Below are positions 54,402-63,424 of a DNA stretch of 64,000 nucleotides, in pieces. The DNA lies in assembly GCA_040081825.1 (NCBI GenBank), contig JBEBFT010000003.1, positions 17,204 to 81,203 on the forward strand, read 5' to 3'. Position 1 is the first letter of the stretch; each line of letters begins with the position of its first letter. The position numbers and the translations under genes are program-made. The notes under the pieces are model-generated. The model saw nothing but the letters and a program-made list of their open reading frames with translations, did no database searches and was not told the origin of the DNA. Source of the stretch: Candidatus Peribacteraceae bacterium. GTDB taxonomy: Bacteria > Patescibacteriota > Gracilibacteria > Peribacterales > Peribacteraceae.

Positions 54402-54476
54402 TCACAAAAGTAATAAATGAAAGAGCCGCGAACGAAGCGGCTCTTTTTATTGCGTCCTTTGATCACTCTTGCACCC

Positions 54477-55283
54477 TTATTCTTTTTGAGCCTCGATGAG
54501 CCATGGGGTCTGGCTACTCACTGACCTCCACACACCGCATTCGCGCATTGGTTGGCATGATCTTGTGAACTCTAGTCGACCGTCCGGAAGCCAAGTGACG
54601 GTGTCATTCCCTGTGTTTGATTCGTACATTTTGCTTGTTTCAAGGTCGTACACATGGAGACAGGCGATTTCCCAGCAGTCGAATGGCATCGCGATATAGC
54701 GACCATTGGGCGAGAGGACAGCATCTGTATACCTCGTGGTACCAGTTGGTAGATGTCCCTCCTCCTTCCTGACACCTTCTTTTGATTCGGCGATGAGTCT
54801 TCGAACGCCGTCCTTATTTGTGTAGTACACATCGCTGTACCAGTTGTCGCTTTCTTCGATATTCAATACAACTTCTACAAAAGGCAGTGCTCTTTTCTGT
54901 TCAATGACTACCGATGATTCTGATAATGTAGCCGATACAGAAGATGCAGATGATTGCTGCTTGTATGTTTTGTTGATTCCGAGATTCATATCGTGCGCTA
55001 ACCAGTCTTCGTATTCTATGAGCACGCCGGTTTTTTGGATTGCGTAGACGTTGATCAAACCGATCACTCCGAGGATCAGAGCAAGCCAGGAAAGAAGCAC
55101 TTTTTTGTTTATTGCTCGCAATGCAGCGACGGCAATGATTATTGCAAAGATCCAGTACAGAAGCTGCAGATCGAAGCCAGTGTGCCCAGATGTGTTAAAT
55201 AGGAACGCGTACGTGTTCAGCGACACGAGTACGACCATGGCTGCAATAATCAGCAAAAGGTCGATGAGTTTCGTCGTGTGCAT
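54477..55283 (-). CDS. Hypothetical membrane protein with a beta-propeller-like C-terminal domain
   Basis: Four N-terminal TM helices. The C-terminus has LSPNGRYIA / WLPDGRLEF repeats. Start at Met 55283. Confidence 0.45.
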   Translation of the reverse strand: MHTTKLIDLLLIIAAMVVLVSLNTYAFLFNTSGHTGFDLQLLYWIFAIIIAVAALRAINKKVLLSWLALILGVIGLINVYAIQKTGVLIEYEDWLAHDMNLGINKTYKQQSSASSVSATLSESSVVIEQKRALPFVEVVLNIEESDNWYSDVYYTNKDGVRRLIAESKEGVRKEEGHLPTGTTRYTDAVLSPNGRYIAMPFDCWEIACLHVYDLETSKMYESNTGNDTVTWLPDGRLEFTRSCQPMRECGVWRSVSSQTPWLIEAQKE

Positions 55284-55287
55284 GCGA

Positions 55288-56124
55288 TTAGTGTAACACC
55301 ATCTTTGCCAAACGACTGACGAGTGCATGGATAGAGTCGAGCCTTGCTTCTGCCTCCTGATCCGTACCGATTTTCCATTTTGGCAGTACTGCCTGAGTGA
55401 TATCGATCAGCTCATCCAAGCTACGGACGACACTTCTCTGCCCACGCCATTCCAGTTTGTGTTTATCCAATACTTCCAACGTATGGATGAGGCGATCGAA
55501 AGTGCGTTGGACAGCTTCGGCGAGCAGCATCTCTCGTCTTGCATCCAGACCCGAAATATGACGATCAATATCGTAAAAAGTTGGAATGTCCTCCATCAGA
55601 ATCTGACCTTGCCCCAGAGCCACTGCGAAATTTCGGAGTAGAGCATCATCCAATTTGCCATCAGCGGCATCCTGCATCAGATTATCGAAATCCTTTCGCA
55701 TGAGAAAAAACCCTTCACGAATGTTTGTGAGCATACTGTCGAGAGTGAGCTTGTGAGTGCGCAACAACGTACGCTCCTGACGCTCTGAGATTGGCTTACT
55801 GACCAAGATCGCAAAGATAGACAGTCCCAGGATTACTTCCAGCGCTGCGAGGAGTTTGGAGATGCCCTGTGGCAGGATGTCGCCGTATCCAACGGATGTA
55901 GCTGTGATGACACTGAAGTAGAGCGCATCCAAAAACTCGCTCACGATGGTTCCATGTCTCAGAGTTGGTGCGTGCTCAGGTGCCAGGTGGAAAAGCACGG
56001 TGTACAAGGCCGAGCATCCCAAAATCATGGTTGCGTAGATCAAGCCGAGGCGGATATAGCTCATCCCGATGACGTACTCCACGATCGACTGGGTCTTGCG
56101 AGTGAAAGAGAATGTATTGCTCAT
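55288..56124 (-). CDS. Two-TM potassium channel with a cytoplasmic C-terminal domain
   Basis: Selectivity filter TATSVGYGD between two TM helices. Confidence 0.8.
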   Translation of the reverse strand: MSNTFSFTRKTQSIVEYVIGMSYIRLGLIYATMILGCSALYTVLFHLAPEHAPTLRHGTIVSEFLDALYFSVITATSVGYGDILPQGISKLLAALEVILGLSIFAILVSKPISERQERTLLRTHKLTLDSMLTNIREGFFLMRKDFDNLMQDAADGKLDDALLRNFAVALGQGQILMEDIPTFYDIDRHISGLDARREMLLAEAVQRTFDRLIHTLEVLDKHKLEWRGQRSVVRSLDELIDITQAVLPKWKIGTDQEAEARLDSIHALVSRLAKMVLH

Positions 56125-56369
56125 GATGCAGATGGAGAAGGGGAGGACGGTGTGACTTTTGATGTTGTACCAGAACTTTCTGGCTTCTGCTTACTTGCCG
56201 CATCAGTTTTATAGAATCCGCCACCCTTAAATTGCACGTGTGGCGCCTTAATGAACTTCACCATCGGCTTGCTGCAGGTGTCGCAACTGGGCTTCTCTTC
56301 CGAGCCAAAGGGCAGTTTTCTGTCAGCGACCGTTGCGCACGTGTCACAGCGAAAATGGTAGGTGGGCAT
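56121..56369 (-). CDS. FmdB-family zinc-ribbon protein
   Basis: MPTYHFRCDTCATV...PSCDTCSKP (CxxC...CxxC). The stop overlaps the next start. Confidence 0.75.
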   Translation of the reverse strand: MPTYHFRCDTCATVADRKLPFGSEEKPSCDTCSKPMVKFIKAPHVQFKGGGFYKTDAASKQKPESSGTTSKVTPSSPSPSAS

Positions 56370-56386
56370 ACCTACGTATTGTACCC

Positions 56387-56803
56387 TTACGCAGAGAGAG
56401 AAAGCGATTCCACTCTCCTTCGTGTGAAACCAGTAATGGCATCCAAGCCACCTGTTGTCAGCGTTCCTGGCGCTCGTATGATATCTGTCGCAAGCTTCAA
56501 AGGTCGAGGAGGGAGCACATGGCCAGGAATCAATTTTGCATCTCGTCTTGTTTCTGCAAATGTCCCGTCAGGAATATCTATTTCCTGATCTGCAACTCCT
56601 GCAAATACGGCATCAATTGCTCGCTGCGAGCCATTGATGATCGCAAGCGGGATTCCCAGCAATAGTCTTTCAGGGTGACCGCTTTCGACTGGCGAGACAA
56701 GGTATCGGTTCAATGTGTCATCAGCGACTTTCCCAAGATTTTCTGTAACCTTCATGTTCAGCAGTCTTTTTTCCTTAGCCGATGCGTGGAAGAAGGATTT
56801 CAT
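56387..56803 (-). CDS. Hypothetical protein
   Basis: 138-aa ORF with no motif, tightly packed with the downstream genes. Confidence 0.4.
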   Translation of the reverse strand: MKSFFHASAKEKRLLNMKVTENLGKVADDTLNRYLVSPVESGHPERLLLGIPLAIINGSQRAIDAVFAGVADQEIDIPDGTFAETRRDAKLIPGHVLPPRPLKLATDIIRAPGTLTTGGLDAITGFTRRRVESLSLSA

Positions 56804-56869
56804 GAGATAGTTATTCTAGCACACTTTATGACGAATGATGAGGACATTTCTTTCATTTTTCGGTTCGTA

Positions 56870-56933
56870 GCGGCGATTCGACAATCGCCGCGTTGATAGG
56901 CGGTCGGTGACGCCGAGGTATTTGAACCTCGGC
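56870..56933. other. Two GC hairpins in an otherwise AT-rich spacer
   Basis: GCGGCGATT-cgac-AATCGCCGC (56870-56891) and GCCGAGGT-atttga-ACCTCGGC (56912-56933). Confidence 0.5.
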
Positions 56934-56950
56934 TCTTGCAATCGTAAAAC

Positions 56951-56982
56951 CCCCGTTCATCATCAAATGATGATAAACGGGG
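56951..56982 (-). terminator. Terminator of the 57006..57329 ORF
   Basis: A 15-bp stem with one mismatch, CCCCGTTCATCATCA-aa-TGATGATAAACGGGG. On the minus strand it is followed by GTTTTAC. Confidence 0.55.
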
Positions 56983-57005
56983 AATCCTCCCACCACTAGT
57001 TGCAG

Positions 57006-57329
57006 TTAAGAAGTAATGACCAAATATTTGGGGCTGTTCACTTCCCCCACATTGAGCACGGATGTAATTGTCGGTTTTTTATGATGCTCACCGTAGTAAC
57101 GCGACGACCATTCCGACAAGACCGTAGCGGTCAGCATCGCTTTGTCTACGAAATTAAAAACATGAGTATGATCCCGATTTACCGATGAATCATGCAATTC
57201 CTCGGGTTGGAGCACGAAAATCCCGTTCGGGAACTCTTGCATTTTTACCCGATAATTCATTGCTTTCAATTTAAAAGTAACCATTAATCTCTCCTGCAAA
57301 CGGTGTGTGAAAGGAACGAGACCAGTCAA
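57006..57329 (-). CDS. Hypothetical protein in an AT-rich patch
   Basis: 107-aa ORF with its own terminator and no motif. Confidence 0.35.
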   Translation of the reverse strand: MTGLVPFTHRLQERLMVTFKLKAMNYRVKMQEFPNGIFVLQPEELHDSSVNRDHTHVFNFVDKAMLTATVLSEWSSRYYGEHHKKPTITSVLNVGEVNSPKYLVITS

Positions 57330-57515
57330 AGGACTGGTAATTATTATAATAAATCATTAATATACTTATGTCAAGTATTCCCATAATACTTTTCTATTCA
57401 AAGTGTCACGTTCCGTTCGTGGGGAATCGAGACGAAAAAACTCCAAGGCGACAAATACCCATTTCACTACGTAAGCCTCTCTCCTTTCCTCATTATTTTG
57501 TATAGACTATAACCA

Positions 57516-60269
57516 ATGCTCGATAAGGCTTATAATCCACAGGCAGTCGAAGATGCGCTTTACAAGAAGTGGGAGGAGAGCGGGGCCTTTCGTCCTGAAT
57601 CGTGTGACCCAAAGGGTGAGCCCTTTACGATAGCAATGCCGCCACCGAATGCGACGGGGCAGCTGCATCTCGGACATGCGGTGATGCTCGCACTCCAGGA
57701 CATCTTCACGCGTTTTGCGCGAATGCGGGGTAAGAAGGCACTGTGGTTGCCGGGTACTGATCACGCAGCGATCGCGACCGAGAACGTTGTCATCAAGAAG
57801 CTGCAGAAAGAAGGCATGAAAGATCCGCGCAAAGAACTGGGGCGTGAGAAGTTGGTGCAGACGATTGCGGAGTTTGTCGAAGAGAGCAAAGCGACCATCC
57901 GTGGGCAGGTCAGAAAAATGGGTGCCAGCTGTGACTGGACTCGTGAACGCTACACATTTGAGCCGACACTCAACCGTGCGGTAAATGAAGTGTTTTGCAA
58001 AATGAAGAATGACGGACTCATCTATCGTGGGCATCGCATCGTGAACTGGGATCCGAAGTTGCAGACGACTGTTTCCGACGATGAGCTGGTATACAAGGAA
58101 GAGAAGGGTGCGTTCTATACGTTTCAGTACGGCCCGTTCCAGATCGGAACTGCCAGGCCTGAGACCAAATTCGGTGACAAGTACGTTGTGATGCATCCGA
58201 AAGACAAGAGGTACTCGAAATTCAAACATGGCGATTCATTCGATGCTGAGTGGATCAACGGTCCCGTGCGTGCGACGGTTATTAAAGATGAATCCATCGA
58301 TATGGAGTTCGGCACGGGTGTTATGACCATCACGCCGTGGCACGATCATACCGATTTTGAGATTGCAGAACGTCATGGCCTAGAAAAAGAACAGATCATT
58401 GACTTCCACGGTCGGCTTTTGGACGTCGCCGGTGAGTTCAAAGGCATGAAGATTGACGAAGCGCGTCCCCTCATCGTCGGAAAGCTTGCATCGAAAGGAC
58501 TGCTCGTGAAGACGGACGAGAACTATGTTCATAACAAGGCAGTCAGCCAGCGTGGCGGGGGATCGATCGAGCCACAGATCAAGTTACAGTGGTTCATCGA
58601 TGTGAAGAAGCAGGTTGTTCCTTGGAAGGGGCAGAAGATGAGCCTGAAGGAGATCATGCATGACGTGATTCATCATGGAGATATCAAGATCATTCCAGAT
58701 CGATTCAATAAAACGTATTTTCACTGGATCGATAATCTTCGTGACTGGTGTATCAGTCGCCAGATTTGGTGGGGACATCGAGTGCCGGTTTGGTATTGTG
58801 GGAAGTGTGTAGATGAAAAAGGAAAGTCGAAGGAAGTGATAAGTGGGGAGTGGTTAGTGGCTAGTACGGCTACTCATCACTCGCCACTAACCACTAACCA
58901 CTGTCCCGATTGTGGGAGTTCTATGGATCAGGATTCCGACACCCTCGACACATGGTTCAGCTCCGCGATGTGGACGTGGTCAACGCTACTTGATCCTCAA
59001 AAAGCAGCTGACCCAGCTTTGTCTCTTGCTGAAATGCTGAAGTCGAGTCCCGATTTTCAGAAATTTCATCCGACTTCGGTCATGGAAACGGGCTACGACA
59101 TTCTGTTTTTCTGGGTTGCACGCATGATTCTCATGACGACGTACGCGACAGGACAGATTCCATTTAAAACGGTGTACCTCCACGGACTCATTCGCACGCG
59201 TGATGGACGCAAGATGAGTAAGTCGGATCCGGATACGATGATCGATCCTCTGGATATGATCGCGAAGTACGGAGCAGATGCTCTGCGTCTCAGTATGATC
59301 GTCGGCCAAAGTCCGGGTAACGATTCTCGGCTCTACGAAGAGAAAATCGCGGGGTACCGAAACTTTATTAATAAGCTCTGGAATGCCAGTCGTTTTGTGC
59401 TGATGCAGTGTGAGGAGAAAGGTGTTGATCCCAAAAAAGTGGTCAGTGGTCAGTGGTCAGTGGATAGTTTGTCTTTAGCTGACCGGGCACTACTTCATAG
59501 CTTGCAAACGTTGATTGCTGATGTGACCAGTGGTCTGGAAACGTATGATCTGAGTGCGACGGGAGACCGGCTCTACAGCTTCGTGTGGGATTTCTTCTGC
59601 GACTGGTATTTGGAGCTCAGTAAAGGCGAAGCGAATCCCGAGGTGCTCGTCCATGCACTTCGAACGATCTTGCAGCTCCTGCATCCGTACTGTCCATTTG
59701 TGACCGAAGAGCTCTGGTCGCACGTAGGGCTGAAAGGCGCGCAGAGCCTGATAGCTCATCCGTGGCCTAAGGAAGAGAAAAAGCTGCATGACGAGAGTGC
59801 GTTTGCTGATTTGCACGTTATCATCGAAACGGTGACTGCGATCCGAAGACTGCGAGCAGAAAATGACATCGAAGCGGGTAAAAAAATTACGGTATTCATT
59901 CATTCCAAGAAACAAGTGGCCCTGCTTACATCACAGCAAGAACACTTGTTGCGCATGACCAATGCTGAGTCACTGACAATCGATGCGAAGTCAGCCAAGC
60001 ACGAAAATGCAGCGAGTGCCTTCCTGGCAGATATCGAGATTCATCTTTCGCTTGCGGGCCTCTTCGATCCTGTAAAACTCAAAGCGAGTCTCCTGAAGGA
60101 ACAGGCTGACCTCTCGAAGTATGTGACGATGCTCAAAGGAAAACTGAGTAACAATAGTTTTACTGACAAGGCTCCTCAGGAGCTCGTAGATGCCGAGAAA
60201 CAGAAACTAGAGGCGGCGGAGGAGAAGCTGAAGAAGATCGAGGAGAGACTACTTGGTATTACTGGCTGA
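57516..60269 (+). CDS. valS: Valyl-tRNA synthetase
   Basis: PPPNATGQLHLGH (HIGH), WCISRQIWWGHRVPVWYC, DTLDTWFSS, KMSKS, and a C-terminal coiled coil. Confidence 0.95.
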   Translation: MLDKAYNPQAVEDALYKKWEESGAFRPESCDPKGEPFTIAMPPPNATGQLHLGHAVMLALQDIFTRFARMRGKKALWLPGTDHAAIATENVVIKKLQKEGMKDPRKELGREKLVQTIAEFVEESKATIRGQVRKMGASCDWTRERYTFEPTLNRAVNEVFCKMKNDGLIYRGHRIVNWDPKLQTTVSDDELVYKEEKGAFYTFQYGPFQIGTARPETKFGDKYVVMHPKDKRYSKFKHGDSFDAEWINGPVRATVIKDESIDMEFGTGVMTITPWHDHTDFEIAERHGLEKEQIIDFHGRLLDVAGEFKGMKIDEARPLIVGKLASKGLLVKTDENYVHNKAVSQRGGGSIEPQIKLQWFIDVKKQVVPWKGQKMSLKEIMHDVIHHGDIKIIPDRFNKTYFHWIDNLRDWCISRQIWWGHRVPVWYCGKCVDEKGKSKEVISGEWLVASTATHHSPLTTNHCPDCGSSMDQDSDTLDTWFSSAMWTWSTLLDPQKAADPALSLAEMLKSSPDFQKFHPTSVMETGYDILFFWVARMILMTTYATGQIPFKTVYLHGLIRTRDGRKMSKSDPDTMIDPLDMIAKYGADALRLSMIVGQSPGNDSRLYEEKIAGYRNFINKLWNASRFVLMQCEEKGVDPKKVVSGQWSVDSLSLADRALLHSLQTLIADVTSGLETYDLSATGDRLYSFVWDFFCDWYLELSKGEANPEVLVHALRTILQLLHPYCPFVTEELWSHVGLKGAQSLIAHPWPKEEKKLHDESAFADLHVIIETVTAIRRLRAENDIEAGKKITVFIHSKKQVALLTSQQEHLLRMTNAESLTIDAKSAKHENAASAFLADIEIHLSLAGLFDPVKLKASLLKEQADLSKYVTMLKGKLSNNSFTDKAPQELVDAEKQKLEAAEEKLKKIEERLLGITG
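58835..58904 (+). repeat. Heptad palindrome, AGTGGNT family (copy c), translated inside valS
   Basis: Ten 7-nt units, including the perfect 13-bp inverted repeat AGTGGTTAGTGGC (58849-58861) / GCCACTAACCACT (58883-58895). Read as EVISGEWLVASTATHHSPLTTNHC. Confidence 0.75.
59438..59466 (+). repeat. Tandem heptads AGTGGTC x3 plus AGTGGAT inside valS (copy d, left arm only)
   Basis: AGTGGTCAGTGGTCAGTGGTCAGTGGAT is read as VVSGQWSVDS, parallel to SGEWLVAS in copy c. Confidence 0.65.
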
Positions 60270-60764
60270 GGCGCTTTTAAACGGCCATTTTTCTTGGCCT
60301 ACGTCACCCAATGCAGTGGCTGTTTGCTCAGCTTCTGTTACAAGTAACTGTGCATCCATCAATTTTTTTCTTTGGTTGAGAATTCCTTGTGTGAAAATAC
60401 GCAATTTATTCCATTCTCCTTTGCTTAGCTTTCTTCGGCTCATACCTAGTGCTGACATACCTTCTTTCAATTCAACTTTTCGCTGATTCCCCCTTGCATC
60501 GTCTGCATAATGATCACATTGATTAATGGCTTGTCTGGCAAAGACACGAAGAAGCCTTTCGCGATTTGCCTGTATATCTGGACTAAGCACTCGAGGTATA
60601 TGCGCTGCACCATCAATAATTGGTACAAGGTACGTATCATTCTCCAGTTCATCTGCTAAGAGCTTCAGGTTATCGACTGACCAATCGTCAACTGGAAAAC
60701 CTTCTGGCCAGAAGGTCCGTCGCACAAAGTCAGGTGTATCGAATTCTTGTGGGGAGTTTTCCAT
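60249..60764 (-). CDS. Hypothetical protein in an AT-rich patch
   Basis: 171-aa ORF with no motif. Overlaps the valS 3' end by 21 nt (convergent). Confidence 0.4.
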   Translation of the reverse strand: MENSPQEFDTPDFVRRTFWPEGFPVDDWSVDNLKLLADELENDTYLVPIIDGAAHIPRVLSPDIQANRERLLRVFARQAINQCDHYADDARGNQRKVELKEGMSALGMSRRKLSKGEWNKLRIFTQGILNQRKKLMDAQLLVTEAEQTATALGDVGQEKWPFKSASASNTK

Positions 60765-60854
60765 AGTAAAGTATTCTAGGCTTTATTGACTATTCGTCAA
60801 TATGCGAATATTTGAGTACTGCAGCTCGTTGTACGTGCTATTCTATCTTTCGCT

Positions 60855-62204
60855 ATGAGCATTCCGCCTCGCATCCTCGTTCCTGTCATTCTGGCAGCTC
60901 TGCTTAGTACCGGTATCGGTGGAGTGTTCTTCTGGCAGATCAAACATTCCGTCGATGTGATCGAGTCATCGTTTCAGGGAACGGGGTCTGATGCGTCATT
61001 CCTCAAATCGATATTAGGCGGTCGCAAATTGCCGACACTCGCTGAAGGGAATCAATCCGAAGCACTACTACTTCTGAAGCAGGGAGAACTCTTTGAGTAC
61101 CGAGGAGAGTGGAAGAAGGCCGAGGAGAAGTATCAGCGAAGTAGCGAAGTGGGTGGGGGAGTGCTGGCACTCAAGAAGCTGGCTGCGATCCAGCTCCAGC
61201 GCAGAAGTTATGACGCAGCGAAGAGCACGATCGACCATCTAGAAGATGGAGGAGCATCGCGCGAAGATATCCAGTTTCTGCGCGGTATTCTGGCACTCCG
61301 CAGTGGTAAACCTTCTGACGCGTCTTCGGCATTTCGTGCGATCGAGAGTGATCCCAAAGGAATCTATGGGCAGGCACTCGTTGCCATCGCTCGCAAAGAT
61401 ATGGAAGGAGCAAAGACGTTCTTAGTCTCAGCACAGGCAAGTGCGGATCCTACGATTCGGAGTTATGCCACGACGATGCTGGAAGCGATTGCAGAGTTTG
61501 CACTCTTTCCCGAGAGCTCGGATGCGCATCTCATGACACTCGTTGCCCGTGCGCTGGCCGAGACGAATGAGTGTGAAGTTGCACTCTCGCTCGTTCTTCC
61601 GGTGACCAATGCCAAGCCACAGTACCGAGACGCGTGGATCGTGCGTGGCTTCTGCGAATTCACCACTGAGCGTACGACCGAAGCGCTCGCATCGCTCGAG
61701 CGTGCGTATTCACTGGATCCAGAAAAGCCCGAGATCCAGTACTTCCTCGCGCGCACCCACGCGGCCCTCGGCGACCCTGACAATGCTGTGACGTATTTGC
61801 AGTACGCGATTCTCAATGGATTCAAACCTGAGCGTGATGCGCGTGAACTGCTGGCGGAGTACGCGAAGGAACTCGGTCAGACCGAGCTAGCACTCACGCA
61901 GTACACGATCATTGCTGAGGAGAATGATGGCGGTATCGAGGAGTACGGACGCGCCATCGAGCTTGCGGCGTCAACCGACGTGCATGCACTGGATGCACTG
62001 GATTTGGCAAAAAAGGCGCAGAAGAAGTGGCCAGATGATGCTCAGGTGATCGCGCTACTCGCAGTTGCCTCGCATAACGCTGGACTGCCAGAGGATGCCA
62101 AGCGCTATGCCGATCGATCAATCGCGATCGATCCCAAAAATGAACTAGCTCGTGCGGTGCTGAATGGGTTGGATTTAGAGAGAGAGGTCGAAGTGAGGCC
62201 GTAA
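60855..62204 (+). CDS. Membrane-anchored TPR-repeat protein
   Basis: N-terminal TM (ILVPVILAALLSTGIGGVFFW), then repeated A/L/Y-rich 34-residue helical pairs (WKKAEEKYQRS..., DAWIVRGFC..., AVTYLQYAI...). Confidence 0.7.
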   Translation: MSIPPRILVPVILAALLSTGIGGVFFWQIKHSVDVIESSFQGTGSDASFLKSILGGRKLPTLAEGNQSEALLLLKQGELFEYRGEWKKAEEKYQRSSEVGGGVLALKKLAAIQLQRRSYDAAKSTIDHLEDGGASREDIQFLRGILALRSGKPSDASSAFRAIESDPKGIYGQALVAIARKDMEGAKTFLVSAQASADPTIRSYATTMLEAIAEFALFPESSDAHLMTLVARALAETNECEVALSLVLPVTNAKPQYRDAWIVRGFCEFTTERTTEALASLERAYSLDPEKPEIQYFLARTHAALGDPDNAVTYLQYAILNGFKPERDARELLAEYAKELGQTELALTQYTIIAEENDGGIEEYGRAIELAASTDVHALDALDLAKKAQKKWPDDAQVIALLAVASHNAGLPEDAKRYADRSIAIDPKNELARAVLNGLDLEREVEVRP

Positions 62205-62251
62205 TATCCGCACAACAAAAAAGCCATCTGCGTGGTCTTTGCTTGTGCTTC

Positions 62252-62322
62252 GCGCGGGTCTGTAGACCCACGCATCGCAATATCTTGCGCCTTCACCGTA
62301 GCGCAGGTCTACTGACCTGCGC
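62252..62322. repeat. REP doublet downstream of RAYT-2
   Basis: GCGCGGGTC-tgta-GACCCACGC (62252-62273, one mismatch) and GCGCAGGTC-tact-GACCTGCGC (62301-22), in mutually inverted loop orientation. Confidence 0.7.
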
Positions 62323-62344
62323 GCCCTCGTTCCTTGCATCCAAA

Positions 62345-62842
62345 TTATGTGACTAGCGAATCGTGTAGCGGTGTCACATCCCATTTTCTGGATGCTGAGG
62401 ACCATCGATATTCCTTTGGATCTTCAACCAATCCTGCATCGATGGGATTATGGTGAATGTATCGAAGTGCGTGCCACGGCTTGTCAGGAATCAGTATATG
62501 AAATCGTGGTTGCCACAGTTTTCCGTTACCAATCGCATATGTTACTCCCGCTTTATAGCTTTTCATGATGGATGAAATCTTTTCAGGCTTGCGAACACGT
62601 ATCAGAAAGTGGCAGTGGTCAGGCATGATGACAAAGCCATGTAAGAAAAAAGGTCGTAATGATTGCACACGGTACAAGCATTCAACAGCTTCACGGGCAA
62701 GGGCATCATCAAGGAAGTAGGGAATGCGATCACGTGTCACGGTTGTGATGAACATCACTGAATCATTCTGGATTGGATGTCTTTGGGTCATGAATGTATT
62801 GTGTGGATATTGATGACGCTTTGGAATCGTAGATGCACACAT
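62345..62842 (-). CDS. REP-associated tyrosine transposase (IS200-like HUH Y1 family)
   Basis: HUH motif MPDHCHFLIRV, WQPRFHILI, and the catalytic-Tyr block LRYIHHNPIDAGLV. The true start is probably Met 62791 (MTQRHPIQ...). Confidence 0.78.
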   Translation of the reverse strand: MCASTIPKRHQYPHNTFMTQRHPIQNDSVMFITTVTRDRIPYFLDDALAREAVECLYRVQSLRPFFLHGFVIMPDHCHFLIRVRKPEKISSIMKSYKAGVTYAIGNGKLWQPRFHILIPDKPWHALRYIHHNPIDAGLVEDPKEYRWSSASRKWDVTPLHDSLVT

Positions 62843-62850
62843 TGAACGAC

Positions 62851-62872
62851 GCGCGGGTCAGTAGACCCGCGC
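62851..62872. repeat. REP hairpin upstream of RAYT-2
   Basis: GCGCGGGTC-agta-GACCCGCGC is perfect. Its reverse complement equals the 62301 hairpin except for one compensated base pair. Confidence 0.7.
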
Positions 62873-63027
62873 TAGATGTGGGAAATTATGTTCTGATGTA
62901 TAGCAGAACGTTTCATGATTTTTCGTACATCAACTTACATATGTCTATTCTCATTTGCCCGTTCTGAGACATTATTTTTCATTCGTTCATTCCCATGAAC
63001 ATATTTCAGACACCCTTTCAATCACTA

Positions 63028-63049
63028 GCGCAGGTCTACCGACCTGCGC
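63028..63049. repeat. REP hairpin upstream of RAYT-2 (distal)
   Basis: GCGCAGGTC-tacc-GACCTGCGC, in direct orientation relative to the 62301 copy. The shared flank reads TAGCGCAGGTCTAC. Confidence 0.7.
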
Positions 63050-63424
63050 GCAGGCATTCAATCAATAGTCGCATAACAAAAAAGCCACCTGCGTGGCCTT
63101 TTTGTGTATGTGTTCGCCTCCTTAGCGATGAGTGAGCTCTGAAGATGAGAGTCATCACTCCGCCTACGAGCGGAGGGTGCACGGTGGGGGAGAAAGCCCC
63201 GATTCTCTGCCTTGCTCTGGCACTTATTTCTCCTCGCTACCTCACGAGGTCCCCGTACCGGTTCACACGCGGTGCATAAAGCGCCGGGAGAACACTGGGG
63301 AGGAAGGAATGCGCCCTCGTCACGATCTTTCTCTTTCGTACATGGGCGACATCGCAGAGCAGAGAGGATGGCAATCGCTGTGGATAATGAATGCAGCAAC
63401 GGCTGCTATCCTCTCTACGAAGAA

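Larger units (their letters stand above)
62214..63101 (-). mobile_element. RAYT cassette bounded by 27-nt direct repeats (REPtron-like unit 2)
   Basis: AACAAAAAAGCCATCTGCGTGGTCTTT (62214-62240) and AACAAAAAAGCCACCTGCGTGGCCTTT (63075-63101) match at 25 of 27 positions. Each is a terminator-like hairpin. Four REP hairpins and the RAYT gene lie between them. Confidence 0.6.

Noticed and set aside
57507-58229. 240-aa ORF antisense to the 5' part of valS
   Set aside because: It lies entirely inside the strongly supported valS frame. Its translation is R/L/H/C-rich with no motif, which is typical of a shadow ORF.
63100-63420. RNase P RNA, tmRNA, SRP RNA or 6S RNA in the gene-free stretch
   Set aside because: By eye I found no GGAAAGUCC / ACAGAAnCCGGCUUA-type P4 strands, no tRNA-like GGTTCGA...CCA end, and no SRP domain-IV GGAA...AGCAGC motif on either strand. 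A proper covariance-model scan is still needed.
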